Both the position numbers and the translations under genes were made by a program. A stretch of DNA of 60,608 bases from positions 280,548 to 341,155 of the forward strand of contig WELA01002985.1 of the NCBI GenBank assembly GCA_009602735.1, in the 5' to 3' direction. This DNA is from Mesotaenium endlicherianum. Taxonomy: Eukaryota. Numbering within the stretch: the first letter of the stretch is position 1; the number at the start of each line of letters is the position of its first letter. Below the pieces are notes generated by a model. It saw only the letters and a list, made by a program, of their open reading frames with translations. It had not been told where the DNA came from and did no database searches. Shown here in pieces: positions 24,684-35,546 of this stretch.

Positions 24684-25964
24684 ATGGCCGATCCTCAAGA
24701 CCAACAGCAAGCTTTCGAAGGAAGCCCTTCCTCTCCAAGACACCCTCCTCCAGCGCCGATGGGAGAGCCCACTCAAGAAAATCTGCAACAACAAGAAGCA
24801 CCACAAGGAGGAGCACACCCTCCTCCAGCGTCGATGGGAGAGCCTACTCAAGGAAATCTGCAACAACAAGAAGCACCACAAGGAGGAGCACCGTCAAATC
24901 CCGTGGCAGCCGCTATAGCAAAGTTGACCCCACCACAAGGAGTTCCCGCAAATGAGTGGGCAGCCTTCCTAATGACCGTCCACAACCAAGTGGGCTTGGC
25001 CACCTATGAAGCAACCGTGCAAGCGTCAAGAGAAGCTATGGCTGCCATGGTTGCCCCTATTGCGAGCAATGCTCAAAATCCAGCCCCGGCTCAAGCGCCT
25101 CCACAAGAGCCAACGAGAGCAAGGAAACTCATCAAGCCCGGCAAACCCGACACTTTCAACCCCGGGAAAGGTGCCAACCTGAATTTATGGCTCTACCAAG
25201 TGGAGACGTACCTCGCGTTCCTTGAAGTACCCGAGGAGGACTACGTTCCCTTTGCCGTTACCTTACTTAGAGGAGCAGCAACATCATGGTGGCGTAACTA
25301 TCAAGCGGCTATATATCAAGCTATGGCGCACCCCATGCTCGGCCAAGAGCCCCCACCATCATATGCAAGATGGGCAGATTTTCGTGAGGCCCTCAAGAAG
25401 CAATTCATGCCCATCAATGCGGAGAAGATTGCCCGAGGAAAGCTCCACCATCTCAAGCAAACGACGTCCGTTCAAGAGTATACATCCAGATTTCACGCCC
25501 TCACTCTTGAGATCCCCAACATGTCTCTCGAGGAGAAGATTGACCGTTACATCTTTGGCCTCAAACCCAAGGTGGCAAAGGAAGTGGAGTTACGCGACTT
25601 GACGGACTTCTCAAAGATCATTGAAGTGGCCCAAAAGGTGGATACCTTGGATTTCAAGCACTCCGTGCCTTCATCTTCACGGGTACCGACGACGCGGGTG
25701 TACGCAGCCCCTTCCACATCCGAATCTGGACCCACACCCATGGAAATCGGAGTTATTAAAAGGGACCCCGCGGCTGCCCGGAAGAGTGGAAGACCCTCCA
25801 ATGACACTTATGATGCAAGAAACCAGCAAGGAGTGAAAGCAAGACTCTCCCCGGCTGAAAAAGAAGCTCTCATGACGGCTGGACTATGCTTCTATTGCAA
25901 GGAAAAGGGCCATCGTGCACTTTCATGCCCCAAAAAGTTGTCAAAAAACGGACAGCGCCGGTAG
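24684..25964 (+). CDS. gag: A1 Gag (capsid + CCHC zinc knuckle)
   Basis: 426 aa [44 protein letters not shown]. Confidence 0.96.
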   Translation: MADPQDQQQAFEGSPSSPRHPPPAPMGEPTQENLQQQEAPQGGAHPPPASMGEPTQGNLQQQEAPQGGAPSNPVAAAIAKLTPPQGVPANEWAAFLMTVHNQVGLATYEATVQASREAMAAMVAPIASNAQNPAPAQAPPQEPTRARKLIKPGKPDTFNPGKGANLNLWLYQVETYLAFLEVPEEDYVPFAVTLLRGAATSWWRNYQAAIYQAMAHPMLGQEPPPSYARWADFREALKKQFMPINAEKIARGKLHHLKQTTSVQEYTSRFHALTLEIPNMSLEEKIDRYIFGLKPKVAKEVELRDLTDFSKIIEVAQKVDTLDFKHSVPSSSRVPTTRVYAAPSTSESGPTPMEIGVIKRDPAAARKSGRPSNDTYDARNQQGVKARLSPAEKEALMTAGLCFYCKEKGHRALSCPKKLSKNGQRR

Positions 25965-28900
25965 GCCAGGAGCCTACCACCCCAAGACCCACTTCACGAG
26001 AAGGCAACACGCCAAGTGAGGTGGAGACCCCCGTTGAAGACGACGTTCCAGCCCCAATGAGTTTGAGAGGTTACCTTGGAGGAGAGAAGGTCCACATCTT
26101 GGTGGATAGCGGAGCTCAAGGCAACTTCATTGCTGCAGATTTTGCCACCAAGCACGGTATTACTATGCGAACTCTTGACCACGACGAGGAGATTATGATG
26201 CCCGATGGATTCTCCTATACTACCCCTTCCAAGAAGACGTACCCCTTGGCACTCTCTATCAAGTCCTTCAAGGATAGAGTAGTGTTCTCCCCCATGCAAT
26301 TGGGCAAGTACGACGTCATCCTAGGGACGCCTTGGTTGACCAAGCACAACCCCCAAGTTGATTGGAGGACCGGTACTATCAAGATCAAGAATGACATCAC
26401 TTCAAGAATCTGTATTTTGCGCGCAATCCAGAATATCCAGACCCAAGACATCCAGAAGCCGGCACACGAGATACTATTGTCCGCCCTCCAACTCAAGAGA
26501 CTTGTGAGGAAGGGACACGAGCTTCTTTTGGCCTTGATCACGCCAAAAGACATCAAGAAAGACATCGAGAGTCAAGAAGGCAGCCCCGTTCCCAAGGAGA
26601 TACAAGAAGTCTTTGAGGACTACAAAGAAGTGTTCTCCCCGGAATTGCCCAAGGGCCTACCCCCCAAAAGATTCGTAGACCACAAGATAGAGTTGGAGCC
26701 CGGAAGCAAGCCCATCTCTCGGCCTACGTTCAAAATGTCATACACGGAGCTAGACGAAGTCAAGAAGCAAATCAAGGAGCTACTGGAGCATGGCTTCATT
26801 CGACCTAGCAAGTCGCCATTTGGAGCCCCGGTGCTATTTGTCAAGAAGAAAGATGGTACCTTGAGGATGTGTGTGGACTATCGCGCCCTCAACAAGATCA
26901 CCATCAAGAATCGATACCCGCTGCCGCGCATGGATGAGCTCATGGACCGGCTGGTTGGAGCCAAGTACTTCACGAAGATTGACTTACGGAGCGGCTACCA
27001 CCAGATTCGCATCGCAGAACCGGACATAGAGAAGACGGCATTCAGGACAAGATATGGACATTTTGAGTTCATGGTCCTGCCATTTGGACTCACCAACGCG
27101 CCAGCAACTTTCATGACTATGATGAACACCATATTTCAGCCCATGTTGGACAGATTTGTGGTGGTATTCATCGATGACATCCTTATCTACAGCAAGACCC
27201 TTGAAGAGCATGCGAGACACTTGAAAGAAGTCCTTGAAGTATTGAAGCAAAACAAGCTGTTTGCGAAGGAGTCAAAATGCGAGTTTGCCAAACAAGAAGT
27301 GGAGTTCCTAGGTCTCCACGTGACTGCTGATGGCATCAAGATAGACCCCAAGAAGACCACGGTGGTGGAGGAATGGCCAACCCCCACGACCAAGAAAGAA
27401 CTCCAGTCATTCTTGGGATTTGCCAATTGGTACAGAAAATTCATCCAAGGCTTCTCGCACATAGCAGCCCCCCTGACAGATCTACTCAAGAAGGACAGGC
27501 TATATACATGGACCGAGAAAGAGGAAGAGGCATTTCAAGAGTTAAAGCGAAGATTGACCACATCCCCGGTGCTCACACTCCCAAGTCCAAACCCAGATTG
27601 GCCCTTCCACGTCATCACCGATGCATCTTCCTATGCAATAGGAGCAATCCTGCTTCAAGACCAAGGCAAGGGACTGCAGCCCATCGCCTACGAGTCAAGG
27701 AAGCTAAATCCAGCCGAGCAAAATTATACAACCACGGAGCGAGAGGCATTGGCGATTGTACATGCCTTGAAGGTTTGGCGCTGCTACGTTGAAGGACGCA
27801 AAGTACTGGTCACCACGGACCACGAGGCGTTAAAGCACCTCCAGACGCAGCCGTATCTCTCAAGGAGACAAGCAAGATGGAGCGGATACTTGCAACAATA
27901 CAACATCACGATTCAGTACCAGCCCGGCAAGACAAACCCGGCTGACCCCCTCTCAAGACTGCAATTAAATGCAGTGATGGTATCCCTGAAGACAGATCTG
28001 GAAGCTCGATTTTCAGCCGCCTATGAAAGAGACCCTTACTACAAGAACGGAGAAGCAGCCTTGGACCCATGCAAGAAGCAAGAAGGCAATTATTGGGTGA
28101 GGCAAGATACGGGCCAGAGATGTGTTCCTAATGACTTAGACCTCCGGCTCTTGCTTCTACGAGAAGCACACGACAACCCTCTTGGAGGACACTTTGGAAT
28201 CCTAAGGACCACGGGCGTTCTAGCTAGGACTTATTGTTGGCCAGGCATGTCTAAGCAAGTCAAGGAGTACTGCAGGAGCTGTGACACATGCCAAAGAATC
28301 AAGCCATCATCGCAAAAGGCGGGAGGACTCCTCCAACCACTACCAATCCCCGAAAGACAATGGACGGACATCTCAATGGACCTTATCGTGGACTTGCCCG
28401 TGACACCTCGAGGCCATAATGCAATACTCACGGTGGTGGACAGACTTACCAAGATGGCTCATTTTATTCCCACGACGACTAAGGCTACAGCACCACAACT
28501 TGCAAGACTCATCTTTGACAACATCTTCCGACTCCATGGACTACCATCAAGAATTGTGTCAGATAGAGATCCAAGATTCACAAGCCATTTCTGGAAAAAT
28601 CTCTTCAAGAACTTGGGTACATCGCTGGATATGTCTACTGCCTACCACCCACAATCAGATGGGCAAACCGAGCGTATGAATCGTACCCTAAAGACCTCTC
28701 TAAAGGCCTACGTGTCTACCCTCGAGCAAGACTGGGACATGTACTTGACCCCCCTCGAGTTTGCCTACAACAACACTACGCAGGCCTCTACCCAAGAGTC
28801 CCCATTCTTCCTCAACTATGGCTTCCATCCGACCACGCCACTGAGCTTCACGGCTGGCCATGATGAAGTACCTGCAGCCACAGATTTTATGGAGACATTA

Positions 28901-29551
28901 GAAGCAGCCCTTACAGCAGCGAAGAAAGCTCTACAACACGCGCAAGATGCTCAAGCAAGAGTGGCGAACAGATCCAGAAGAGAAATTACGTACAGAGTGG
29001 GTGACAACGTGTTACTATCATCCAAGAACATTTCCCTGAACAACAGGCCTGCCGGCAGCAAGTTCTCTCCCAAGTATTTGGGACCCTTCAAGATTATCCA
29101 GCAAGTCAACCCCGTTGCTTTCAAGCTAGAACTTCCCCAGACTATGCACATCGACCCCGTATTCCACGCTTCCCTCTTCAAGCCATATGTGCAACCCGAC
29201 AACAAGTTCCCAGGACGTGTGACAACCCCACCAGCCCCAACAATAGTGGATGATCATTTGGAGTACGAAGTGGAAGACATAGTGGCTATGAGAAATTTCA
29301 GGAGACAGCAGCAATACTTGATCAAGTGGAAAGGATATCCAGATTCGGAGAATAGTTGGGTGGCGGCGCACTACCTTGACAAAGTTCAGAGAAAGTTGAA
29401 GCGCTTCCATGCCGCCAACCCCCATCTTGGACCAGCCCCAAGTCTCTCTACTAGAAGCCCGAAGACTTCAGGGAGGCAGCCTGCCACCATCAAGAAGCAG
29501 CAGAAGACCCCTTGGAGGCAGCCTGCAAGAACAAGAAAGAGGAAAAATTGA
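25886..29551 (+). CDS. pol: A1 Pol: protease-RT-RNase H-integrase-chromodomain (in -1 frame to gag)
   Basis: [39 protein letters not shown] plus DDE integrase; GPF motif; [19 protein letters not shown]. Confidence 0.98.
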   Translation: MLLLQGKGPSCTFMPQKVVKKRTAPVGQEPTTPRPTSREGNTPSEVETPVEDDVPAPMSLRGYLGGEKVHILVDSGAQGNFIAADFATKHGITMRTLDHDEEIMMPDGFSYTTPSKKTYPLALSIKSFKDRVVFSPMQLGKYDVILGTPWLTKHNPQVDWRTGTIKIKNDITSRICILRAIQNIQTQDIQKPAHEILLSALQLKRLVRKGHELLLALITPKDIKKDIESQEGSPVPKEIQEVFEDYKEVFSPELPKGLPPKRFVDHKIELEPGSKPISRPTFKMSYTELDEVKKQIKELLEHGFIRPSKSPFGAPVLFVKKKDGTLRMCVDYRALNKITIKNRYPLPRMDELMDRLVGAKYFTKIDLRSGYHQIRIAEPDIEKTAFRTRYGHFEFMVLPFGLTNAPATFMTMMNTIFQPMLDRFVVVFIDDILIYSKTLEEHARHLKEVLEVLKQNKLFAKESKCEFAKQEVEFLGLHVTADGIKIDPKKTTVVEEWPTPTTKKELQSFLGFANWYRKFIQGFSHIAAPLTDLLKKDRLYTWTEKEEEAFQELKRRLTTSPVLTLPSPNPDWPFHVITDASSYAIGAILLQDQGKGLQPIAYESRKLNPAEQNYTTTEREALAIVHALKVWRCYVEGRKVLVTTDHEALKHLQTQPYLSRRQARWSGYLQQYNITIQYQPGKTNPADPLSRLQLNAVMVSLKTDLEARFSAAYERDPYYKNGEAALDPCKKQEGNYWVRQDTGQRCVPNDLDLRLLLLREAHDNPLGGHFGILRTTGVLARTYCWPGMSKQVKEYCRSCDTCQRIKPSSQKAGGLLQPLPIPERQWTDISMDLIVDLPVTPRGHNAILTVVDRLTKMAHFIPTTTKATAPQLARLIFDNIFRLHGLPSRIVSDRDPRFTSHFWKNLFKNLGTSLDMSTAYHPQSDGQTERMNRTLKTSLKAYVSTLEQDWDMYLTPLEFAYNNTTQASTQESPFFLNYGFHPTTPLSFTAGHDEVPAATDFMETLEAALTAAKKALQHAQDAQARVANRSRREITYRVGDNVLLSSKNISLNNRPAGSKFSPKYLGPFKIIQQVNPVAFKLELPQTMHIDPVFHASLFKPYVQPDNKFPGRVTTPPAPTIVDDHLEYEVEDIVAMRNFRRQQQYLIKWKGYPDSENSWVAAHYLDKVQRKLKRFHAANPHLGPAPSLSTRSPKTSGRQPATIKKQQKTPWRQPARTRKRKN

Positions 29552-30320
29552 CATTAGACACTCTTCTCTTCTCGCAGTTTCTGGACAGAAAACTAAAACT
29601 GCTACTGGTAATAGGTCTCTGCATAATAAATTCTGAAAATTTACCTGGCTGTAGTCCATGAGTAGCCGGTCATTTAGAGTCCAAGTTTGCTCAATTTGGA
29701 GCACTGGTGAGAGAGATATGATGCTCTAAGTAGAAGGGGGTCAGGCTGCTGGCATTGTTAGGACAGAATATGCCTTCTGACATTGTGCCTTCCCCTGAAC
29801 TTGGAATGCTCTGAAACTCAAGACTCTGGTAGAACATCTTACAGCGCCCAGTTTGAGACTTAGTTTGCAGAATTTGGAGAAGTATAGAAGGACTTATGAT
29901 TTTCAGAAGTTTCTGCACAGATTTGGAGGAGTGCCTACTCTCTCAGCTCTCAACGACACTCCAGAAATGAGAATGCTCTCAAATTTGGTGACCCGGTAGA
30001 GTTCTCCGACGCGGTCCGTCTGGCACTCGAATTTTCAGATTTGGAGCAGTTCTGTGGCCGCTATGAATTTTTGAGTTCGTGGCAGATTCTGGGCCAACTT
30101 GTACAATTTTCTTTATCATTAAGGAGTAGGCTAGCCAATAAGGTCACACCACCTACGACCTTGCCTAGTCTACCTTACATGTGTAGCACCTGACTTGGCG
30201 CCTTTGACTAGTCCTCTTCACATGTGTGGCATCTGACTTGAAACTGTTGACTAGTTTGCTCCACATGTGTAAGACCTGACTTGACGCGCCGAGACGTCGC
30301 TTTTTCTATGGGGGGGGTGA

Positions 30321-30823
30321 TGTAGTGATTTGAGTTATTATATATTAGTTTGCATATATTTTAATGTTTTCAAATATATTTGGAGTAGTATTGTGTGGAG
30401 TCAAGTGTGAATAGGTACTCTAGTAACTTGGTTCATGTCCTTTGAACCTTCCAAGGCATTTTCGAAGTTAGAGGAAAGACCTAGAAGAACTCCATGTGGC
30501 AAAAGTCAGATGTGCCATTTTTAGGTCAAAAGGACATGTGTACATTATTCTAGAAAGAGGTGGCAAGTTTTGGGATGTGTTGGGTGCCAACACATCAACA
30601 TACACCTTCCTAGAAATTACTTATGTAGCAAGTATATAAACAAGAGCTAGAACATAGAAAGACATTCCAGAATCACTCTTGTACTTGCCAAAATCCAGAA
30701 ATATATTAACTTTCAAGAAGCCATCTCTCTTTCAAGAAGCTACCACTTGTGTTCAAAGATCCTTGTCTTGAATAGATAAACTATTCTGTTTTACTAAGTA
30801 CTTTATCTATCTGTTTTACTACA
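30321..30823 (+). repeat. A1 3' LTR (preceded by PPT 30310-30320)
   Basis: About 6 substitutions versus the 5' LTR by eye. Confidence 0.97.
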
Positions 30824-30828
30824 TTATT

Positions 30829-33800
30829 ACAAACTAGCAAAATATTTTTGCTTAGTACATATACGCATATTCATGACATTTAGATGTCTTTTTTTAATAT
30901 ATGGCAAGCAGACCCCTCGATTTAAAAACTTTTAGATGTTATTTCTTACTGTGGATGCTAAAAAAACCCAACTCAAACAAAAAGGATGTCTCATAAAATC
31001 CCTAAGGTTGTGAGCGAATGTTGGCTTAGATCCAGAGAATTTGTAAAATTCTCAATGTTATCATGTACTCCGATAATTCCCAAAAGCATCGTTCTCAAAT
31101 TTTTTTGATGTCCTCCGAAACCCTCACTATTGAAAGGCAGAGGATGTCTTTGAAAATTTACGATTTTTGTCAAATCGAGAGGTTTGGTGGCAAGCAAGTG
31201 CAGCATGTTCTACGAGCACTCCATGTAGCTCGTAGTCATATATGGTTCTATCGTAGGCAATTTATTTACTTATGTGTTTTGTCGATGGTATTTTTATAAA
31301 GACGTGTTTTGTACTAAACATGATGTCAAAGGCGTAATATTCAGTTTGTCTTACAAACTGAAATCGATACATTAAAACCATTGGCAATTATTTGCTTAGT
31401 ATTTGAAAGCAAGGAAAAAGGGCAAAGATTGGCAAAGATGGACCCTCGAAAGACTGAAATTTTGTCCCTTTGCCCCAAAGTGAAGCTTTTACAATGGGAG
31501 GAGTGGCCAATCAAATGATATCATTGGGTGTAGAAAACAACAAAGTCAACCCCTGCCGACAACTTTGTGATCTCAAAAAATCGTTGTCTTTTTTGCGGTT
31601 TGATAGGAAATTCCCGACCTCGAGAAGAGATTTTGGCCACCAAAAGTCATCAAGTAGTGCTGACATCCATTTTGTGATTCAATCCATTTTGTCTCTTATG
31701 AGAGTCAACTTTGATTGTGGACCGTTGGGCCGGCATGACAAAACTGGCCACTACTGTAAAAGTTATGCGGAGTATTACACACGTGCATAATACATACTAA
31801 TAAACTCGGTGAGAATAATACAAAATTTTATTCAAGTAAAAAATGAAGTTTCTTGGGCATCCGCATATCATAGCTGAGATTTGACCCTACAGTTGGATAA
31901 TGACACTATGCACCATATGTAGTTCTTCTTCCTCTGAGGGACAATCGGTGGCACTTGATGCTGCGCATAAATCATATTTTGATTGATTGTGATGAGGTTA
32001 CTCGCTTATGTTGTCAATGAAAAGAGAAGTTTGTCACTCGTGTTTTGTTTTATTTAGGTTCACGATACGCAACTGCATATCGTTGTTTTTTGAACATTGT
32101 TGTTATTGCATAATCTAAGAGATACAAAAATAAAGTTAAGCGTCTATTTCTTGCAAACACAAACACGAGACAAAGGGACAACCAATAAATTCTTTTAAGT
32201 GCTGAAAAATATAATTTGTATGTAGTTGGACCTACTTTTGTATGTCAAGCAGCTTCTTATTCCAATCGAAAGAAGTTAACAAATTGGAAGTTCTCTTTCA
32301 CCCCGCTTGTGGCGTTCTTTAGGACCCTTTTGCTTAAAATTTACATTTGACAATTCCAATATTAAATGGCAAATAGCTTCATCTTAGACTATATATCTTC
32401 AAATGATTTTAGAAAGTGACGACACTCCCAACAATTTCACATGAATGTCACGTTCAACTATCAACAAATTAATATTTTTAGAAGTTGTTCACGGTTGTTA
32501 TTAAACCTGATTGTGATTGGTCCAAGTTTTTGCACATGTGAATAAAATTATGTTGTAAATTTTAAAATCCCTCCTTCCAACACTAAAATTTTGTGAATAT
32601 TGTTCTAAGATTTCCACCATGAATAATATAGTGCATCTAACATACTTTATTGCATTTGCACTACATTTCGAATACAAACATCAATGTGGTCCACACACGT
32701 TGCTGAATCTTAAATGTTGATCAAACGGCCGGCCATCTTGATTGACCTTTTACAAAGGAAAAGTCTAATGTCAGAAGTTGTCAACTCTTTGACAAATTTT
32801 GGAAATGCCGTCAGCAAGGGAAGACTTTCTCCAATTTTTTAACAACTTGACGAGGTTGGTTGCTTCCACGCGTTGTTTTATCCCACTAGTCGACTTTGCT
32901 GAGCTTGAGGTGCAGCTGAGATTTGCGTTGGAATTTTCAAAGTTTGTCCATTTGAATTTATCACCCATTAGAGCTAGAATGATTTGGGACGGTATCAAAT
33001 GTTGAAACGGTCCGTCGATTTTTGCCGTTTCAACATTTGAACATTCTAAGTGTGCATTAGAGGAAAGGTGTCACTACAATACATGGTCAATTTCATACTT
33101 ATTGTGATTATCCAGGTGTATCAATGTGTGAATTATGTTCCTTTGCAAATTTCAAAATCCTACACACCATTCAAACGGTCACCATCTCGGTTGACTTATT
33201 AGAGTTTGTCAATTTTTGTATTGACATTGTAAAGGCTCTTGAACGATAAAACTTTTTATTGTAGAAATTTAATCGTCAAATAAATTTCAAAGTTATAAAA
33301 AAGCTTTAAACATTTTGACATTAAACTTCACAATAAAAAATTCTTATCTTTCGACAGTATTTCCAATGTCAATAAGAGCATTGACGCACTCTAATAAGTC
33401 AACCGGGATAGCGTCCCGTTTCAACAGTATGTAGGGTTTTGAAATTCACAAAGTAACATTGTTCACACATTAATACACTTGGACCAATCACAAAAAGTAC
33501 AAAGTTGACCATGTATATTGTGACAATAATAGCAAATATGTGGCAATTATACAACCAAGCGTTGAATACACCTATGCATTCTTGAAGCCCTAGTAACTTT
33601 TCCAATGAACCAAGATTAAATAACTTGGAGAACCTAGTTACTAGGTTCCTTAAGAAGGGTCCCACGACACTTCTCAGGTACTTGCTTGTAAATCAGTGGG
33701 AAATTTATAATGGTTCGGCCCGCGCCTGTACATCACTTTTAAAATGCATCTTGCATCATGGTTTGATGCATTGATTAGAGAACTAATATGTGCCATTTGG

Positions 33801-34735
33801 ATAAAATCAAGAGTCTGCAGAAGTAGTATGATGTGAACTTTTGCTAAGAACAATTAGCCTTCACAAAAAGAGTCAAAACATATGAAAAACGCGCCATGCA
33901 TGGCCGGGTGCATCCCAAGCCATAGGAGAAGTAAGGGATGGTTTAGAGTGAGTTAAGATTTTAAATGAGCGACTATATTCTATTCAATTGTATCTGCATG
34001 TACCTGGCGGTACAACGCGTCTTTTAAGTTCTACAAAATGAACATGTGTTGACCTTTACATTGCATTTGGCACGCTGCTTTCTATTCAACAAATTCTCGT
34101 TTAAAAATGAAAAGTGATTCAAAATGAACAAAATAGGTCAAAATCAAATGAGGTCACATGCGTCTCAGGAATCAACACACGGATGCTATCTTTCTATCTC
34201 GAACTTTGGAGTTATTGGCCATGCCAAGCACCCTGGCATACACGTTAACATCGACTCATCAAACTCCTTCTACCAGGGTATGACCTATCCCCTCGCAAAA
34301 AACGAGATGCAAATCGCGACGGTGGTGATAGAGGCATTTGACGGCCGATGAAATTGGAGGGACGTGTGCTCACTGCAAGCCTAAGAGTTCAAATCTGGTT
34401 ATTTCTACATTCGAACAAGAATTTCTACTATTGAATTTCAAAATAACGCCATAATCGGAAAAGCGCAAAGTCTGGAATAGAATGCTTTGCGAGTGCCCAA
34501 ACTACACCAGCCTTATAACTCTTCCAAGGAATTCAAGTCAAAAAACGCCCAAATTCATAAGATTTCAAATAGCGACCCGATAACAAAATGTCCATTATTA
34601 CACACTAAATTCCCGACTTGAAATCAAGCAAAAATGGATGTCTACTGAACATAAATTTAAAAAAACTCAAATTTCAAAATTTGGAATAATAGCGTCAGTA
34701 TCCCCCCATTACTCGAACTAGCTTGATTAAATGGA
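30829..34735. other. AT-rich unidentified decayed sequence (continues 23796-24143 across the A1 insertion)
   Basis: Low GC, no intact ORF, protein-like frames broken by TAA/TGA/TAG; not assignable. Confidence 0.35.
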
Positions 34736-34792
34736 TGTCGTGCCTAGTCGCGTTGAAACCAGAGCACGCATGATGCTTCTTAACACGTGTGC

Positions 34793-35546
34793 AGAAAGGG
34801 GTAGAGTGCCCTAGTGAAAGCGTAGTAACTCACGAGAAAAGGAACTAATTGCAATCATACTAAAGAGTGCCGCAGCGTATTACTAGGAAAGCTTAGGAAA
34901 TTTATTCAACATATTGAGTAGCAAGAACTGCTCACAAATGATGTAGGATGAAAGGCCTTGTCATTACCAACCCGTAGAAATTTACAGAAGTGAAAACTCA
35001 TAAGAAATGAAGTAGTTATGCCTATTTATAGTTTTCTGACCTAAGTCCACCTCTCTAGACGGGAGGGGCGCTTAGCAACGGATTTTCCGAAGTGTTTGTC
35101 AAATTGTCCTTTCCAGAATATTTGTGAATAAGCCAGATCAGTCTCATCTGACGTGTCAGAACAATTTGACGTCCACATGCATGCATCGAAATATCTAGAA
35201 TATACTAACGTAGACGCGCTAGGCCAATCCGAAACTTCTAGGTAAATCGACTTGGTCGGCACTCCGCGTCAGCCGAAATTACGTGAAGGTTCGAGTTCAC
35301 TCTAACGGGCCAGATTGATCGACGTTGTCGGTCAATCCGATGGTCGCGCTCACCTCGAATTAAGGACAGTCGTCAACCGACTTCAGAACTAATAAAACTT
35401 CGGAAATCCACAACTCTCTCAATACTTGACCAACTTCGATGAACTTTATATCAAAATGACCACAAAAATGCACTCTACGCTTCTATGCAATCAAAATACA
35501 CTTTCAATGGACTCAAAAATGCACTTTAAAAACCTATGACCTTACA
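34793..35546 (-). repeat. B1 3' LTR
   Basis: Direct repeat of 40174-40909; terminal base mutated. Confidence 0.93.

Larger units (their letters stand above)
24144..30823 (+). mobile_element. Full-length, apparently intact Ty3/gypsy chromovirus (family A, copy A1)
   Basis: 503-bp TG..CA LTRs at 24144-24646 and 30321-30823; perfect TSD TTATT; PBS TGGTATCGGAGC; PPT GGGGGGGGTGA; uninterrupted gag and pol. Confidence 0.98.

Noticed and set aside
29691..29918. Extra antisense ORF in the family-A 3' UTR (env-like or accessory gene)
   Set aside because: Only 75 codons, no recognisable motif, and no equivalent ORF appears in A2.
30170..30300. CRISPR-like repeat array (also the 55.3-kb heptamer)
   Set aside because: These are short tandem repeats in a eukaryotic TE context, with no unique spacers and no cas genes.
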